Position numbers and translations under genes: made by a program. A stretch of 64,000 bases of DNA from Histomonas meleagridis 2922-C6/04-290x. Taxonomy: Eukaryota > Protista > Parabasalia. Numbering within the stretch: position 1 is the first letter of the stretch; each line of letters starts with the position of its first letter. The stretch spans positions 24,107-88,106 of the forward strand of contig JAANOX010000138.1 in the NCBI GenBank assembly GCA_020184695.1, in the 5' to 3' direction. Shown here piece by piece: positions 32,311-43,445 of the stretch. The notes beneath the pieces are model-generated. The model had not been told where the DNA came from, searched no databases, and was given only the letters and a program-made list of their open reading frames with translations.

Positions 32311-34218
32311 TTGACTAATATTAAAATTTGGGATTCAGTTACCGCAATTCAAAGTTATGCATTTTATTCATGCTCATCATTAACAAGTATTACAATTACA
32401 AATTCAGTTACTTCAATTCAAAGTTATACATTTTATTCATGCTCAAAATTAGAAACAGTTATTATTGGAGAAAATGTAACAACAATTGGAACTTATGCAT
32501 TTCGATCATGTTCATCATTAACAAATATTACAATTCCAAATTCAGTTACTTCAATTCAAAGTTATGCATTTTATTCATGCTCAAAATTAGAAACAGTTAT
32601 TATTGGAGAAAATGTAACAACAATTGGAAATTATGAATTTCAAACATGCACATCATTAACAAATATTACAATTCCAAAATCTGTCAGTTCAATAGGAACG
32701 GGTATTTTTTCAGGATGTACGAAACTTGAATTTATTCAAGTATCAGAAGAAAATAAATATTATTGTAATGGAAATAATGGTGTTCTTTATGATAAAGGAT
32801 TAACAATAATTATATGTTGTCCACCAGTAATTTCAGATACGACATTTGAAATACCAAATACGATTACAACAATTGATGATTATTCATTTTATCGATGTTC
32901 ATTATTAACAAGTATTACAATTCCGAATACAGTTAATTTGATTGGCACATATGCATTTTATTCATGTTCAAAATTAACAAGTATTACAATTCCAGAAACA
33001 GTAACTTCAATTGGAAGTTATGCATTTTATTCATGTTCAAAATTAACAAGTATTACAATTCCAAATTTGGTTACTTCAATTCAAAGTTATACATTTCAGT
33101 CATGTATAGCATTAGAAACAGTTATTATTGAAGGAAAAATTACTTCGATTGGAACTTATACATTTTATTCATGTTCAAAATTAACAAATATTACAATTCC
33201 AAATTTGGTTACTTCAATTCAAAGTTATACATTTTATTCATGTACAGCATTAGAAACAGTCATTATTGAAGGAAAAATTACTTCGATTGGAAGTTCTGCT
33301 TTTCGATCATGTTCATCATTATTAAATATTACAATTCCGGATACAGTTAATTCGATTGGAACTTACGCATTTGGATACTGCACAAATCTTACATGTATTT
33401 ATTTCACTGGTTATCAATCCCCAACGATTAATTCCAATGCATTTTATGGCATAAAAGCGAAATCTGTTATGACATCAGATTTATATAGTTCCTCGAATTT
33501 CGGAACGCTTGGAGTATCACTTGGAACACCAACAGAAGAATGCGAACAATATCCATGGCCGACACACACATTCACAGAATCAAATACATTTTCAAACACA
33601 TTTACTCAATCGAATTCATTCACTCAATCGGATTCATTTACAAAATCAAATTCATTTTCTCAATCAAATAAATTTACGAATTCGAACACATTTACTTCAT
33701 CGAATTCATTTACAGCTTCAAAAAAAATCGGCGAAACATATAATCGCACAATAATTATCACACAAACATTAACACAAACGATTACGCCTAAACTTACATT
33801 TACAGATACTATAACTATTTCTATGTTTGGTTCATCGACTTATTATATAAATACAATATTTATTTATTACGAGTATACATTTATTCAATATTCATCATGT
33901 TTTTCATATTATTCAGGTTTTTATACAGTTCTTCAAAACCAAAGTGATGACACAAATGAAGAACAAAATAATATAAATCAAATTATCATCGGAGTTTGTG
34001 TTGGCGTCGCAGTTATTATAATCATTTCGATACTTGTTGTAATACTTGTTCGTATTCGAAACAAAAAACTAAGTGATGAAGAAAGTGTTGTTGATGAAAA
34101 CATGAACAACAATAGTGACAACATTTCAATGAACAACTTCACTGTCAATTTATCGAACATTGATGAAGATCCATTTGTAGATGATTTCAAAGAAAACAAT
34201 TTCTTCGCAAATATTTAA
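32311..34218 (+). CDS. BspA-like leucine-rich repeat (LRR_5) surface protein with Ser/Thr-Phe stalk and C-terminal TM (5-prime truncated)
   Basis: TIPxxVTSIxxYAFxxCxxL repeats, FTQSNSF repeats, TM IIIGVCVGVAVIIIISILVVIL; ORF starts at TTG after an in-frame stop. Confidence 0.8.
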   Translation: MTNIKIWDSVTAIQSYAFYSCSSLTSITITNSVTSIQSYTFYSCSKLETVIIGENVTTIGTYAFRSCSSLTNITIPNSVTSIQSYAFYSCSKLETVIIGENVTTIGNYEFQTCTSLTNITIPKSVSSIGTGIFSGCTKLEFIQVSEENKYYCNGNNGVLYDKGLTIIICCPPVISDTTFEIPNTITTIDDYSFYRCSLLTSITIPNTVNLIGTYAFYSCSKLTSITIPETVTSIGSYAFYSCSKLTSITIPNLVTSIQSYTFQSCIALETVIIEGKITSIGTYTFYSCSKLTNITIPNLVTSIQSYTFYSCTALETVIIEGKITSIGSSAFRSCSSLLNITIPDTVNSIGTYAFGYCTNLTCIYFTGYQSPTINSNAFYGIKAKSVMTSDLYSSSNFGTLGVSLGTPTEECEQYPWPTHTFTESNTFSNTFTQSNSFTQSDSFTKSNSFSQSNKFTNSNTFTSSNSFTASKKIGETYNRTIIITQTLTQTITPKLTFTDTITISMFGSSTYYINTIFIYYEYTFIQYSSCFSYYSGFYTVLQNQSDDTNEEQNNINQIIIGVCVGVAVIIIISILVVILVRIRNKKLSDEESVVDENMNNNSDNISMNNFTVNLSNIDEDPFVDDFKENNFFANI

Positions 34219-34762
34219 TTGATGCTTAGTAAAAACGGCTGCGTTATTTTTTTTTTAATCTTTCACCTAAAACTTATTAAATGTGTGGATGTCCATATCG
34301 AATGGAGAAATCACTTTGAGTTTTATAAAACAAAGTTGTGGTCAAAGTGGAAATTAAAAAACCAAATTGAAATTTGTTTCATTATTAGATATTACAGCAT
34401 CTAATATTAAATCTTTTCATGTTTTGTCTAAGTTGTTAATCAACTAATATTTCGTCACAATGAAATTTAATGACAAATTGTAATGTTCAGTAAAAATCAT
34501 ATTTTTACTTTTAAGGAGCTCTAATAATCCGGGCGAATCACTGTGTGTTGCATAAAAAATGATAGAAGTTGAATATTTATAATTTTTGGAATTCCATGAA
34601 AACAATGATCATGCAACATCCAATAAATGATGAATATTTAATATCATTAACAAAGAAAAAGCAACGTATAAACAAAAAATTGTGAAACTTTCAAAATAAA
34701 AAAATATTGCATTTGTTGATTCCAAAAGAAAAAATATTAAAATACTGTAAAAGACCAGCAAT

Positions 34763-35326
34763 TTACTCAATAACACAGCATGAACCTTCAGCCTTTGGAG
34801 CTTCTGGCTCCTTGGGTGGTGCTGTAAGCATCTTTCCTATTTGTTGAAATACTTCTTGAATGTTAATTGCTGATAAAGCCGATGTTTCTAGAAATACACC
34901 ATGATATTTTTTGGCAAGGTCTTGACCTTCTTCTTGAGTTACTTGTCGTTTAGATTCTTTATCACATTTATTTCCTGCAAGGACGAATTTGAAGTCATCG
35001 CCTTCATGAAGGACTGATATTTGCTCAAGTAGTGTATCAGCCATCTGTATTGAACGTGCGTCAATGATACTATAAACAATAAGAAATGCGTCACCTTCAG
35101 CCATAAACTTATCACGAAGTGCTTTGTAATCCTCTTGTCCAGCTGTGTCTGCTATTTCTATCTCTAGTACTTCTTTATTTTCTAACTCAATTTTAGCATG
35201 ATAATTATCCTCAAGAGTTGGCTCATAGCCTTCTGAAAATTGATCCTTTGTGTATCTGACGATGATAGATGTTTTCCCAACACCTCCATCTCCTGCAACA
35301 ACCAGTTTGGGCTTCTTTTCACTCAT
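34763..35326 (-). CDS. Ras-family small GTPase
   Basis: GDGGVGKT, YEPTLED, DTAGQEDY, GNKCD, ETSA, C-terminal CCVIE; likely start MSEKK at 35326. Confidence 0.9.
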   Translation of the reverse strand: MSEKKPKLVVAGDGGVGKTSIIVRYTKDQFSEGYEPTLEDNYHAKIELENKEVLEIEIADTAGQEDYKALRDKFMAEGDAFLIVYSIIDARSIQMADTLLEQISVLHEGDDFKFVLAGNKCDKESKRQVTQEEGQDLAKKYHGVFLETSALSAINIQEVFQQIGKMLTAPPKEPEAPKAEGSCCVIE

Positions 35327-35689
35327 CCTAAAGTAAGCTTTTTGACTGATATAATCAAATTTATGAAGTTTACTCCGATCAACCACAGAAATACAGCACT
35401 CAAAGCACTTATCAATTTTAAGAGGAGACGATACAATTAGCGAAATAAACTATTGATTTAAAACATGTTTTTTAAGAAAAAAAACTGACACTTTATTGAA
35501 GTTGTAATCGAATCCGGTTAAGCTTAACGTATTTAAACGGTCTGTCCCCACGCTGGTTTGGCCAACACTTTCAAAATAAAAAAACATGAATTTCTGTTTT
35601 AAAACAGAAAATATAAATATTATATTTTAATGATAATTTGAATTACCTATTTGTTGCTGAGAATTGTTTTATCATTTACGAAAATAATT

Positions 35690-36880
35690 ACAATAAATTA
35701 TTACGTTTGAGTCCCAATTGATAAAGGAATAGACATAATAGATAAGATGTCTGAATTTCATATGTGGTAAGTGCAAAGGCTGAAAGTGATTATATCAAAT
35801 CTATTCATAATCGTTAAATATGAAAGTCTTATTAACTTAAAAACTTTTAGAATAAGCAACTAACATATGATGAACACACCTTGGTAGTAAAGGGTTGTCC
35901 TAAATGGAATCAAAATTTGAGGGACCAAAATGTGGGAAGTATCATCTAGAGGATACTAAATTCAAAAATATCCAATTTGGAACCCATCCTTTATGGATTT
36001 TTTTAGGGATTCCAAAAAAATCTTGCTGAGTATAAAGAAAATGGAAATTTTAAGTTTTGCATTTTTCTAAAATAATGCATTGGTTGTGAAGTTGATCATT
36101 TGGCTTGTTATAAATATTCCACCATGACTTGATTTTCGGTCGATATGATTCCTTGATTTCATAAACCTTTAATATGTTTCGCACAAGCAACACAAATTTC
36201 TTTGTAGCCAAACAATTCATCAACATCACAATAAACTTAATATTTAAATTTTCCATCTATAAATATTTTATGAACATCTTTTTCAAAAAATACATTTTCT
36301 TCTTCTGGTTGCTTGCAGTCACCCATCGCTAGGGTGCTTGGAATTTTGGAATCTTTTTCCATTATTATTAATAATATCTGAAATTGTATATATATAAATT
36401 TTACGATCTATACACGATGAACAAATAACAAAATTTCACTCCAAATGTATAAGAAAGGACTACAGTCTAACCTTAATCCTAAATCATCAATTTGAAATTA
36501 GACAAATTGTCATTATATTTACATTTTCTTTCAAAAATATCTAACTTTAAAGGTACGCATTTGCGGTTAGAAGGATTTATTTCAAACCAGAAAGCATGGT
36601 TCCAAAACGTGATAATTTCTCATTTCGATTCAAACCCACATACCAACCCCAATATATCCATTTTGTGTTAGGCCTTCCTGCGTTTGCACAAATTTAAAAT
36701 TTCTTGATTTAAGTGCATTTAAAACTTTTCATCATAAGATTGTTGAAAATAGTGTTGTTATTGAGTCATCACCTTCGTTTGTAATGAAGTCAAAACAAAT
36801 GAAAAATATTTTATTATGGTCATAATCAATAAGATGGTGAATTGCCTTTCATTTTTCCTTTTAATCTAGATTAGCAAAAA
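35690..36880 (-). pseudogene. heavily decayed coding relic, product unknown
   Basis: hand translation gives protein-like stretches (NALKSRNFKFVQTQEGLTQNGYIGVGMWV; IHKGWVPNWIFLNLVSSR; PRCVHHMLVAYSK) broken by many stops. Confidence 0.3.
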
Positions 36881-37049
36881 AACGCGTTAATTAATTAAAA
36901 ATGAAGTTAATTGGATCACCATTTTAATGATTTTATGTATATATATATATTGAATCTTAAATCGATAATATGCTATGAAAACAAAGAAATAAAAATTTTT
37001 TATTTGGAAAATATTATTTCTGGAATTATATCTAATGAAATAATATTTT

Positions 37050-37649
37050 TTAACTTATATAACATTTCTTTGGATGGAGCCGCTTATAGGCATCTTGTGG
37101 AGATTCATAATCTTCAGAAACAACAATGTCAAGTGCTGATGTCATAACTTCGTTCAAGTTATGACGCTCTTTTGCCGAACATTCAATATATTTAAGTGCA
37201 CCAATTTGGTCTTTCATTTCTTCGATTTGATTTGTTTGTATCATTTCGCTTTTTATGTTATCTTCTTTATCCCTAAGATCACACTTCGTTCCAACCAAAA
37301 TAATTGGTCTACCTGGGCAATATTTGTTGATTTTTTCAATCCAATAATTTTTGATATTGGAAAAAGAATTCTGACAAACAAGAGAAAAACAAATAATAAA
37401 AACATCAATATCAACGAATGTAATAGGGAGCAATTTCATGACTGCTTCATCGTTGTTAACTTCCATAATATCAAGTAAGATATTATGCCCCTCATACATG
37501 AAATTGCAAGGAGTACCCAAGAAACAATTTGGGTTATATTCATCTTGAAAATTATTGCTAAAATGGGTGTATAGCAGTGCTGTTTTGCCAACGCCACTAT
37601 CACCAATAAAAGCAAATCTACAATGCAAGGAAAGTTTTCTCTGGTTCAT
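37050..37649 (-). CDS. Rho/Rac-like small GTPase, divergent
   Basis: GDSGVGKT, FIICFSLV..SF.NI..YW, ILVGTKCDLR, YIECSAK, CaaX CYIS; switch II is degenerate (DIMEVNND). Confidence 0.8.
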   Translation of the reverse strand: MNQRKLSLHCRFAFIGDSGVGKTALLYTHFSNNFQDEYNPNCFLGTPCNFMYEGHNILLDIMEVNNDEAVMKLLPITFVDIDVFIICFSLVCQNSFSNIKNYWIEKINKYCPGRPIILVGTKCDLRDKEDNIKSEMIQTNQIEEMKDQIGALKYIECSAKERHNLNEVMTSALDIVVSEDYESPQDAYKRLHPKKCYIS

Positions 37650-37787
37650 TTACAGTAATCCATAGAAAAAGTTCCACAACGATCGTTTTTGATTCAATTC
37701 ACCAACAAACAAAATTCAAAATAATTTGCAATCGATTGCTTTTAAGGTATATCTCTTTATTAAAATAAACACAAATACTGATAACTA

Positions 37788-39269
37788 TCAATCTTTTTTG
37801 TACTTTTCTTGGATTCTTAACAACATCCGCTCATTTTGTCGTTTCAATTCTTCCTCATCAATACCGAAAATTTCGTCATCATTCTTCTGGAGATACGCTA
37901 TCAATAGTACAACTATTGGAATAACAATAATTGCAATTGTAGAAAAGAATGTAGTGTATGGATAAAGACGGAATAAACCATTCCATGCTCCTTTGGTCAC
38001 TTTAATCAAGTCGAAAAAAGATGTTACAATACCACTATTACGAATGAGACCAAAGAAGCGATGAATTCTTATCGTCCAAATTCTACGTTTTTGTCTTTTA
38101 AGAAATACATCATGGGTCCATCTGTAAGAATCAACCTCATTTGTTGAAACCATTATATTATTAAAACCAATAGAACCACCATCAATTGATTCCATCTCGA
38201 ATCCAATACCAGTAATTGGACCAAATTTATATGGCTCACTGTCACAGAAATACTGTGGATTGGGAACCTTGCGTGGTTTGTAAGGACCTTGGTAGTTTGG
38301 ATTTGGAATCATTTTTGGAATCCACTTTCCTCGATAAAGAGGATTGGAAATCATTGGTGGCTTGTATTCTCCACATCCAATGTTACACTTAGGATTTGGA
38401 ATATATGATGGTGTCCATTTACCAAAAAGTTCATCATTCCACTCAGCAGGTTTTTCAGTTGGAACCATTAATGGTTCACCAACAAGCCACCCTTCAGGTG
38501 GACTAACATGCTCTGGGTCGGGAATCATTGGAGGTTGGCTTTCATCCCAATCATCAGGTTTCTGATCTTGAGGATCAGGAATTTTTAAACGGTCATCCCA
38601 CTCTGGCGGTTTTTGATCGTTCGGATCGTTGATGAATTCAGGCGGGTTCACAGGAGGTGCGAAGTCTTTAAGAAGACTGCCAGTACGAAGAAGAGTCTGA
38701 TCAATTAAAATGTTGAATGTGTTATTTGGAAATATCATAAGGGTATAAAGATGATTGTGCTTATCAGGAAGAAATGTGGGTGGATATTTTATCTTTTTTT
38801 CTTCGAATGAGCCATTGAGAGGATTCAAATGATAGAATGAAAAATACACTTTGGAGTTTTTTCCACAAACCTCTGGTCCGAATTTAATTAAGTATGGTGT
38901 TTTTTCAGAAAGATTTAAAGGATCAAAATTTGGACCGAATACTTTAATACCTAAATCTGTACACATGATTCCTTCTGTAAGTAGTATTTCATACTGAATG
39001 ATTAATGGTTCATTGTCGATTTTAATTGCTGGTTTAATACTTGCTGATATTCCATAATGGTGTCTTCCTTTTGATGTTATAAAAAGCATTTTTTCACCAT
39101 TGAACATTTGAGGTTGTTTTGTTTCAAGTGATTCCCATTCACCTTTATAATTTGGTAATTTTGTTGATACGAACTTATTATTCCAATCGCCATTTTCAAA
39201 AGATTGGAAAAAAACAAAATTACTTGAAGGTTCAGATATAGCTAAATGGATAAAAACAAATATAACCAT
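37788..39269 (-). CDS. calnexin/calreticulin family ER lectin chaperone
   Basis: FGPEVCG, P-domain repeats (INDPNDQKPPEWD, IPDPQDQKPDDWDE, NPLYRGKW), C-terminal TM; likely start MVIFV at 39269. Confidence 0.85.
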   Translation of the reverse strand: MVIFVFIHLAISEPSSNFVFFQSFENGDWNNKFVSTKLPNYKGEWESLETKQPQMFNGEKMLFITSKGRHHYGISASIKPAIKIDNEPLIIQYEILLTEGIMCTDLGIKVFGPNFDPLNLSEKTPYLIKFGPEVCGKNSKVYFSFYHLNPLNGSFEEKKIKYPPTFLPDKHNHLYTLMIFPNNTFNILIDQTLLRTGSLLKDFAPPVNPPEFINDPNDQKPPEWDDRLKIPDPQDQKPDDWDESQPPMIPDPEHVSPPEGWLVGEPLMVPTEKPAEWNDELFGKWTPSYIPNPKCNIGCGEYKPPMISNPLYRGKWIPKMIPNPNYQGPYKPRKVPNPQYFCDSEPYKFGPITGIGFEMESIDGGSIGFNNIMVSTNEVDSYRWTHDVFLKRQKRRIWTIRIHRFFGLIRNSGIVTSFFDLIKVTKGAWNGLFRLYPYTTFFSTIAIIVIPIVVLLIAYLQKNDDEIFGIDEEELKRQNERMLLRIQEKYKKD

Positions 39270-39858
39270 TTGTTCTGGTTTTTTGATTATATTTGAATCG
39301 TTTTTGATCGTAAGCAATCTTTGTAATGACCGTTTTTCTTAATTTAATTTTACTTAAGTTCGATACTAATAATTTAATTCAAAATGTTTTTTATTTGCTT
39401 TACTAATTATCACTTTAAAGTATATTCGTCTAGTTGCATATTTTAATTGAATTTTTGCAAAAAGTGCAGTCGTACTAATTTCAAATACGATTTTACTATA
39501 AAGTGGTTGCAGAAAGGTTTCCAAACGATATAATCAAATGAATGAAAAATCATCGGATTCATATTCAAAAACTGAAGTGTATATAAAATCATTCTTCAAC
39601 CACTTTATATAAAAAATCATATCTTCATTTAACGCTTTAATCTGAATCGACTGAAATCTTCGAACTGAAAACAATTTATTGTCTTATTGATGTAGAAACT
39701 AAAAATAGATTTATCACTCAAAACATTTGTTGAGATGGTACATCTATCACTGCTCAACAATAGTTTTCTTCGCGCTGTCGTTAACATAATTACTCATTTC
39801 TGCTCACAAACAATTGAACCCATTCGCACTCAGAAGTATTTTCACATCAAAAATTTTA

Positions 39859-41496
39859 TTAAATTTGAGGTATAAATCCATGTGCCGAACAGAACTGGTC
39901 CACTTGTCGCGGCACCTCAGCGAGTACCTCCTGCGCAAGTCCCATTCCGTTGTTCGCCGCGAACTTATTGAACGGCACGAACTGCACAATGTCTCTCTTC
40001 ATCATGACGCCGTTCCTCGACCTCAGCGGGTGATCGTCAGCGTCGAGGACGTCCATTGCGTCGAAGTTAGCGCATCCGACGCCGATGATTATTATGCTCA
40101 GAGGTGCGTCCGATGCTTCGACTATTGCGTCGATAGTTTCGGGCATATCATTGATGATGCCATCGGTCAAAATCATCAAAATGGTATAAGTGTGCGACTC
40201 ATCGAATGACGTCCTCGCGACGCCTGTTGCCGCGTGGATTATTGGCGCAAATAATGTCGGACCACTTAATTGTACCATGCGTAATGAGTTCTTATAAGCC
40301 ATCGAAATGCCCTCGAGGCCTTGGACGTTCGGATTGTTGGGATCAAATGTCAATGGGAAACAATGTGAAACAACGCCATTGATTTTGCCTCCAAATCCAA
40401 ATACTGGGAACATTTGATCACTGTCATATGGACAAACTACAGAACCAATGGACCAGATGCACGATTCGTATTGATTGAGGCCATTCGGTGAGAGATAATG
40501 TAATGATCGTGGATCTGTTGGACTCATATTTGATGCTGTGTAATCAATAGCTGTGATTAAATTGAGCTGGAGACCACTACGGATGTAATCGTAGAACGTT
40601 GGCTTCTTAATGACATTGATTGTCAAAAATCTGATGTTGCCCATCTTCCTTCGTTTGTTGTTTTCAATGGTATAGGAACTGTTGCCTCCATTTATAAAGG
40701 TCTGGAGACTCATTGTAACACTACCAACTAAGTCATCAGCATGACTTCGCTTATGATCCATGATTGATATCGTAACAGGAACATTGGTGTCGCCATTGCA
40801 GAGGACTTGGAGTGGTATTTGGATTGGTTTGAATGTGCATTTGTATGTCTTGGGTACAACTTCAGATCGGTAAATTGGTAATAATTTGCCGCTTTCACTT
40901 GGCTTGGAAATTTGGACATATGGCCAGTTCTTGGAAAAGGTTCTCATCTTACGAAGATCAGAACATGCAATGGTCATGTTACATACAGAATTACTTGCAG
41001 ATGCTTGTTCGCAGGTAAGAATAAGAGTACCACGCTTGTTCTTGGCTGTGTTATGTTTAAGCTCAAGTTTTATTTCGTTTGCACCTGCACTAACAAGAGT
41101 TTGAACATCTGTATCTGCATAACCAATGAAATCATGTCTTTCAAGAGGAGCATTCTCGGAATCACAATCATAAACATTAAAACGAAGAGGTTGTTGAGTC
41201 TCGAAAATATAAAGAGCTTGGAAAAACTTGACAAAGGATGGATTTGGATCATCCCATACAACTTCAGTACGTGCAACTTCACAATATTTACCATTGATTG
41301 GAACAAACATGACAACCATTGGATCTGATGGGCTACCAACATCAAGTTTGATTATATCTTTACATGAAACATGAATATTAATAATTGGATCATTTGAAGC
41401 GTTATCAATAATTCCCGTGTTGGAAACAGCTTGGGTCGAATTGTTAAGCTTCCCATTTTGATTTCCTAATTTCATTCCACCATATGCTACCGCCAT
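39859..41496 (-). CDS. copine (C2-C2-vWA)
   Basis: SDPMVVMF..RTEVVWDDPNP, AIDYTASN, YDSDQMFPVFGFGG, GPTLFAPII, LMILTDG, PLSIIIIGVG, RDIVQFVPF. Confidence 0.95.
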   Translation of the reverse strand: MAVAYGGMKLGNQNGKLNNSTQAVSNTGIIDNASNDPIINIHVSCKDIIKLDVGSPSDPMVVMFVPINGKYCEVARTEVVWDDPNPSFVKFFQALYIFETQQPLRFNVYDCDSENAPLERHDFIGYADTDVQTLVSAGANEIKLELKHNTAKNKRGTLILTCEQASASNSVCNMTIACSDLRKMRTFSKNWPYVQISKPSESGKLLPIYRSEVVPKTYKCTFKPIQIPLQVLCNGDTNVPVTISIMDHKRSHADDLVGSVTMSLQTFINGGNSSYTIENNKRRKMGNIRFLTINVIKKPTFYDYIRSGLQLNLITAIDYTASNMSPTDPRSLHYLSPNGLNQYESCIWSIGSVVCPYDSDQMFPVFGFGGKINGVVSHCFPLTFDPNNPNVQGLEGISMAYKNSLRMVQLSGPTLFAPIIHAATGVARTSFDESHTYTILMILTDGIINDMPETIDAIVEASDAPLSIIIIGVGCANFDAMDVLDADDHPLRSRNGVMMKRDIVQFVPFNKFAANNGMGLAQEVLAEVPRQVDQFCSAHGFIPQI

Positions 41497-41961
41497 ATCA
41501 AGAAACTGAGAAAACGGTTTTCCGTTTTTTCAATAGTGCATTCAAATAAATGAAACTATTTTTTCTTGATATTTCTCATCTTTAGAATATAAATATTTAT
41601 ATGTTGAGTTGAAATTAACGTGTTAAATATCATAAATGGTTTATATAAAGATAAGTCCATGAGATATTAGTAATTTTGTAATCGATCTAATTTTGTCAGA
41701 CCCGATAATTGAATGAGAGACGTTTAATTAACCACGTCTCATTTTATGGGAAGTTTTGACAGGGTGTTTGGAGAGAAATAGTTATGCTGTTTAACGTATT
41801 TTTAACGTGCATTTTTCTGTTTTCCAACAAATTTCATTCAGGAATGCTGATGATTTTAGACAATTAATCAATAGACATCAGCATTGAATTAGAATAGATA
41901 TTTGATCAACTTGTGATTTTAATTAATTCTTCTCATGCAACTAATTAATAATATTTGTAAA

Positions 41962-42892
41962 ATGATCGAGGACGAAATAAAAGTCGAAGAAGAAAACCAA
42001 CCTGAAGATCCGCTTCTAGAAATAGTTTCGTACAGTTCACAATTCTCTTATTTAAACAGGATTATTGAATTCAATTAATAGCAGAAATTTCAAAATGCTC
42101 CGACAAATTTTTTGGTTGAAAATCCTCAGCCAGAAAATTCCTTTGAAATCAAAAACGTTGTTGAATACTTTACATATGTTTTGAATGTTTTACGAAAAAT
42201 TAAAATGAACCATCACAAACAAAAATAGACATAACGTTACTCGTACATCAACTTCATTAATGTAAATAATTTTGAATTTTGCATGATCCTGATTGCTTGC
42301 TGAACTCTTATCACCTATTGTTTCAAGTCTTAAGTCTAAAAATCCAAATGCAAAAAGTTTGTTTCTTGATGAAGAAATGACAGATAAAACACTTCAGAAG
42401 TTAGAAATGCTTTTACACGGAAAAACAATAAGTGTCAATTCAAATGATCAATCTTAAACATTTTGAAGAGTTTTAATAAATTCGCCCTTATCTCTTTTGA
42501 TATACCAGAGCCTCATTGTGATACTCTAACAGATTTAATTAAAATCAAATCATTGTTATCGATAACAAAGTTTATCGATAAACTTTGATAAAGATATTGG
42601 GTTTGGTGCAACAAATTTTGAACAAATTAAAACACAAAACATACCGTTATCACAATGGCTATTAATATTAGGGAATGATCAACTTAAACTTCGAAATGAA
42701 AAATCATTGATTGATTTTATTCTACAGAAAATGGAAGAAGATCCTTATTAAAGTTCATTCGGCGCTGTTTTTTTAGGTGATAAAGATATGCAGAGGTTTT
42801 CTACTGTTGATTCCCTTCATGATGACCTAACATCTTTGTGGCCGCAGTTTAAGCGCGAAACTTATGCGAAGATTATCAAAAGCGTTTTATAG
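41962..42892 (+). pseudogene. decayed BTB/BACK-like parabasalid family gene
   Basis: fragments such as IPLSQWLLILGNDQLKLRNEKSLIDFILQKMEEDPY* resemble BACK-type helical repeats; multiple stops and frameshifts. Confidence 0.45.
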
Positions 42893-43445
42893 GAAGCATA
42901 TATATAAATTTCAGGGCGTTTGTAAATCAAATTGTTGGGTTGGATTCAACATCAAATAAATGTCTTTTTTTTTCATTTGAGAAAATTTTAATCATTTTGC
43001 ACGGATAATTGCTTTCAAAAGAAAGATTGGAATTTTTTTAAAAATTAAACAGACAAAAATTCATATAATTCATGTTGTGAAGTACAGTGGTGAGAATATC
43101 TAAGAAATTCTATTGACCAATTTTGAGAAAAATTAAAAATGCGTTTCAAATTAAAAAAAAATCTTCATAAAAAAGTGTACTCCACTCACCGCACCCTAAA
43201 GTAGGGGTGTTTGTGAACATCTAGAATGTTTTTTCACACTAGTTAACGAATCTATAGATTTCTTAAAAAATAGGGTCTAATGAAACTAAATCATCGATCT
43301 CATTTTTTCTGTTTTCCTACAAAATTTATAGATTGATGCTTTTAATTTTTACTGGGTGTTTATCAATAATTATTGATAAATGTTTTATAAAACGTCACTT
43401 TCTGTTCAATATTTTGTGAGAAAACAGTTATAGAAATTTTACTCA

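Noticed and set aside
43188-43210. Imperfect hairpin CACCCTA-AAG-TAGGGGTG, with a vaguely similar motif near 36320
   Set aside because: Short and imperfect, with no matching partner end or target-site duplication, so a mobile element is not supported.
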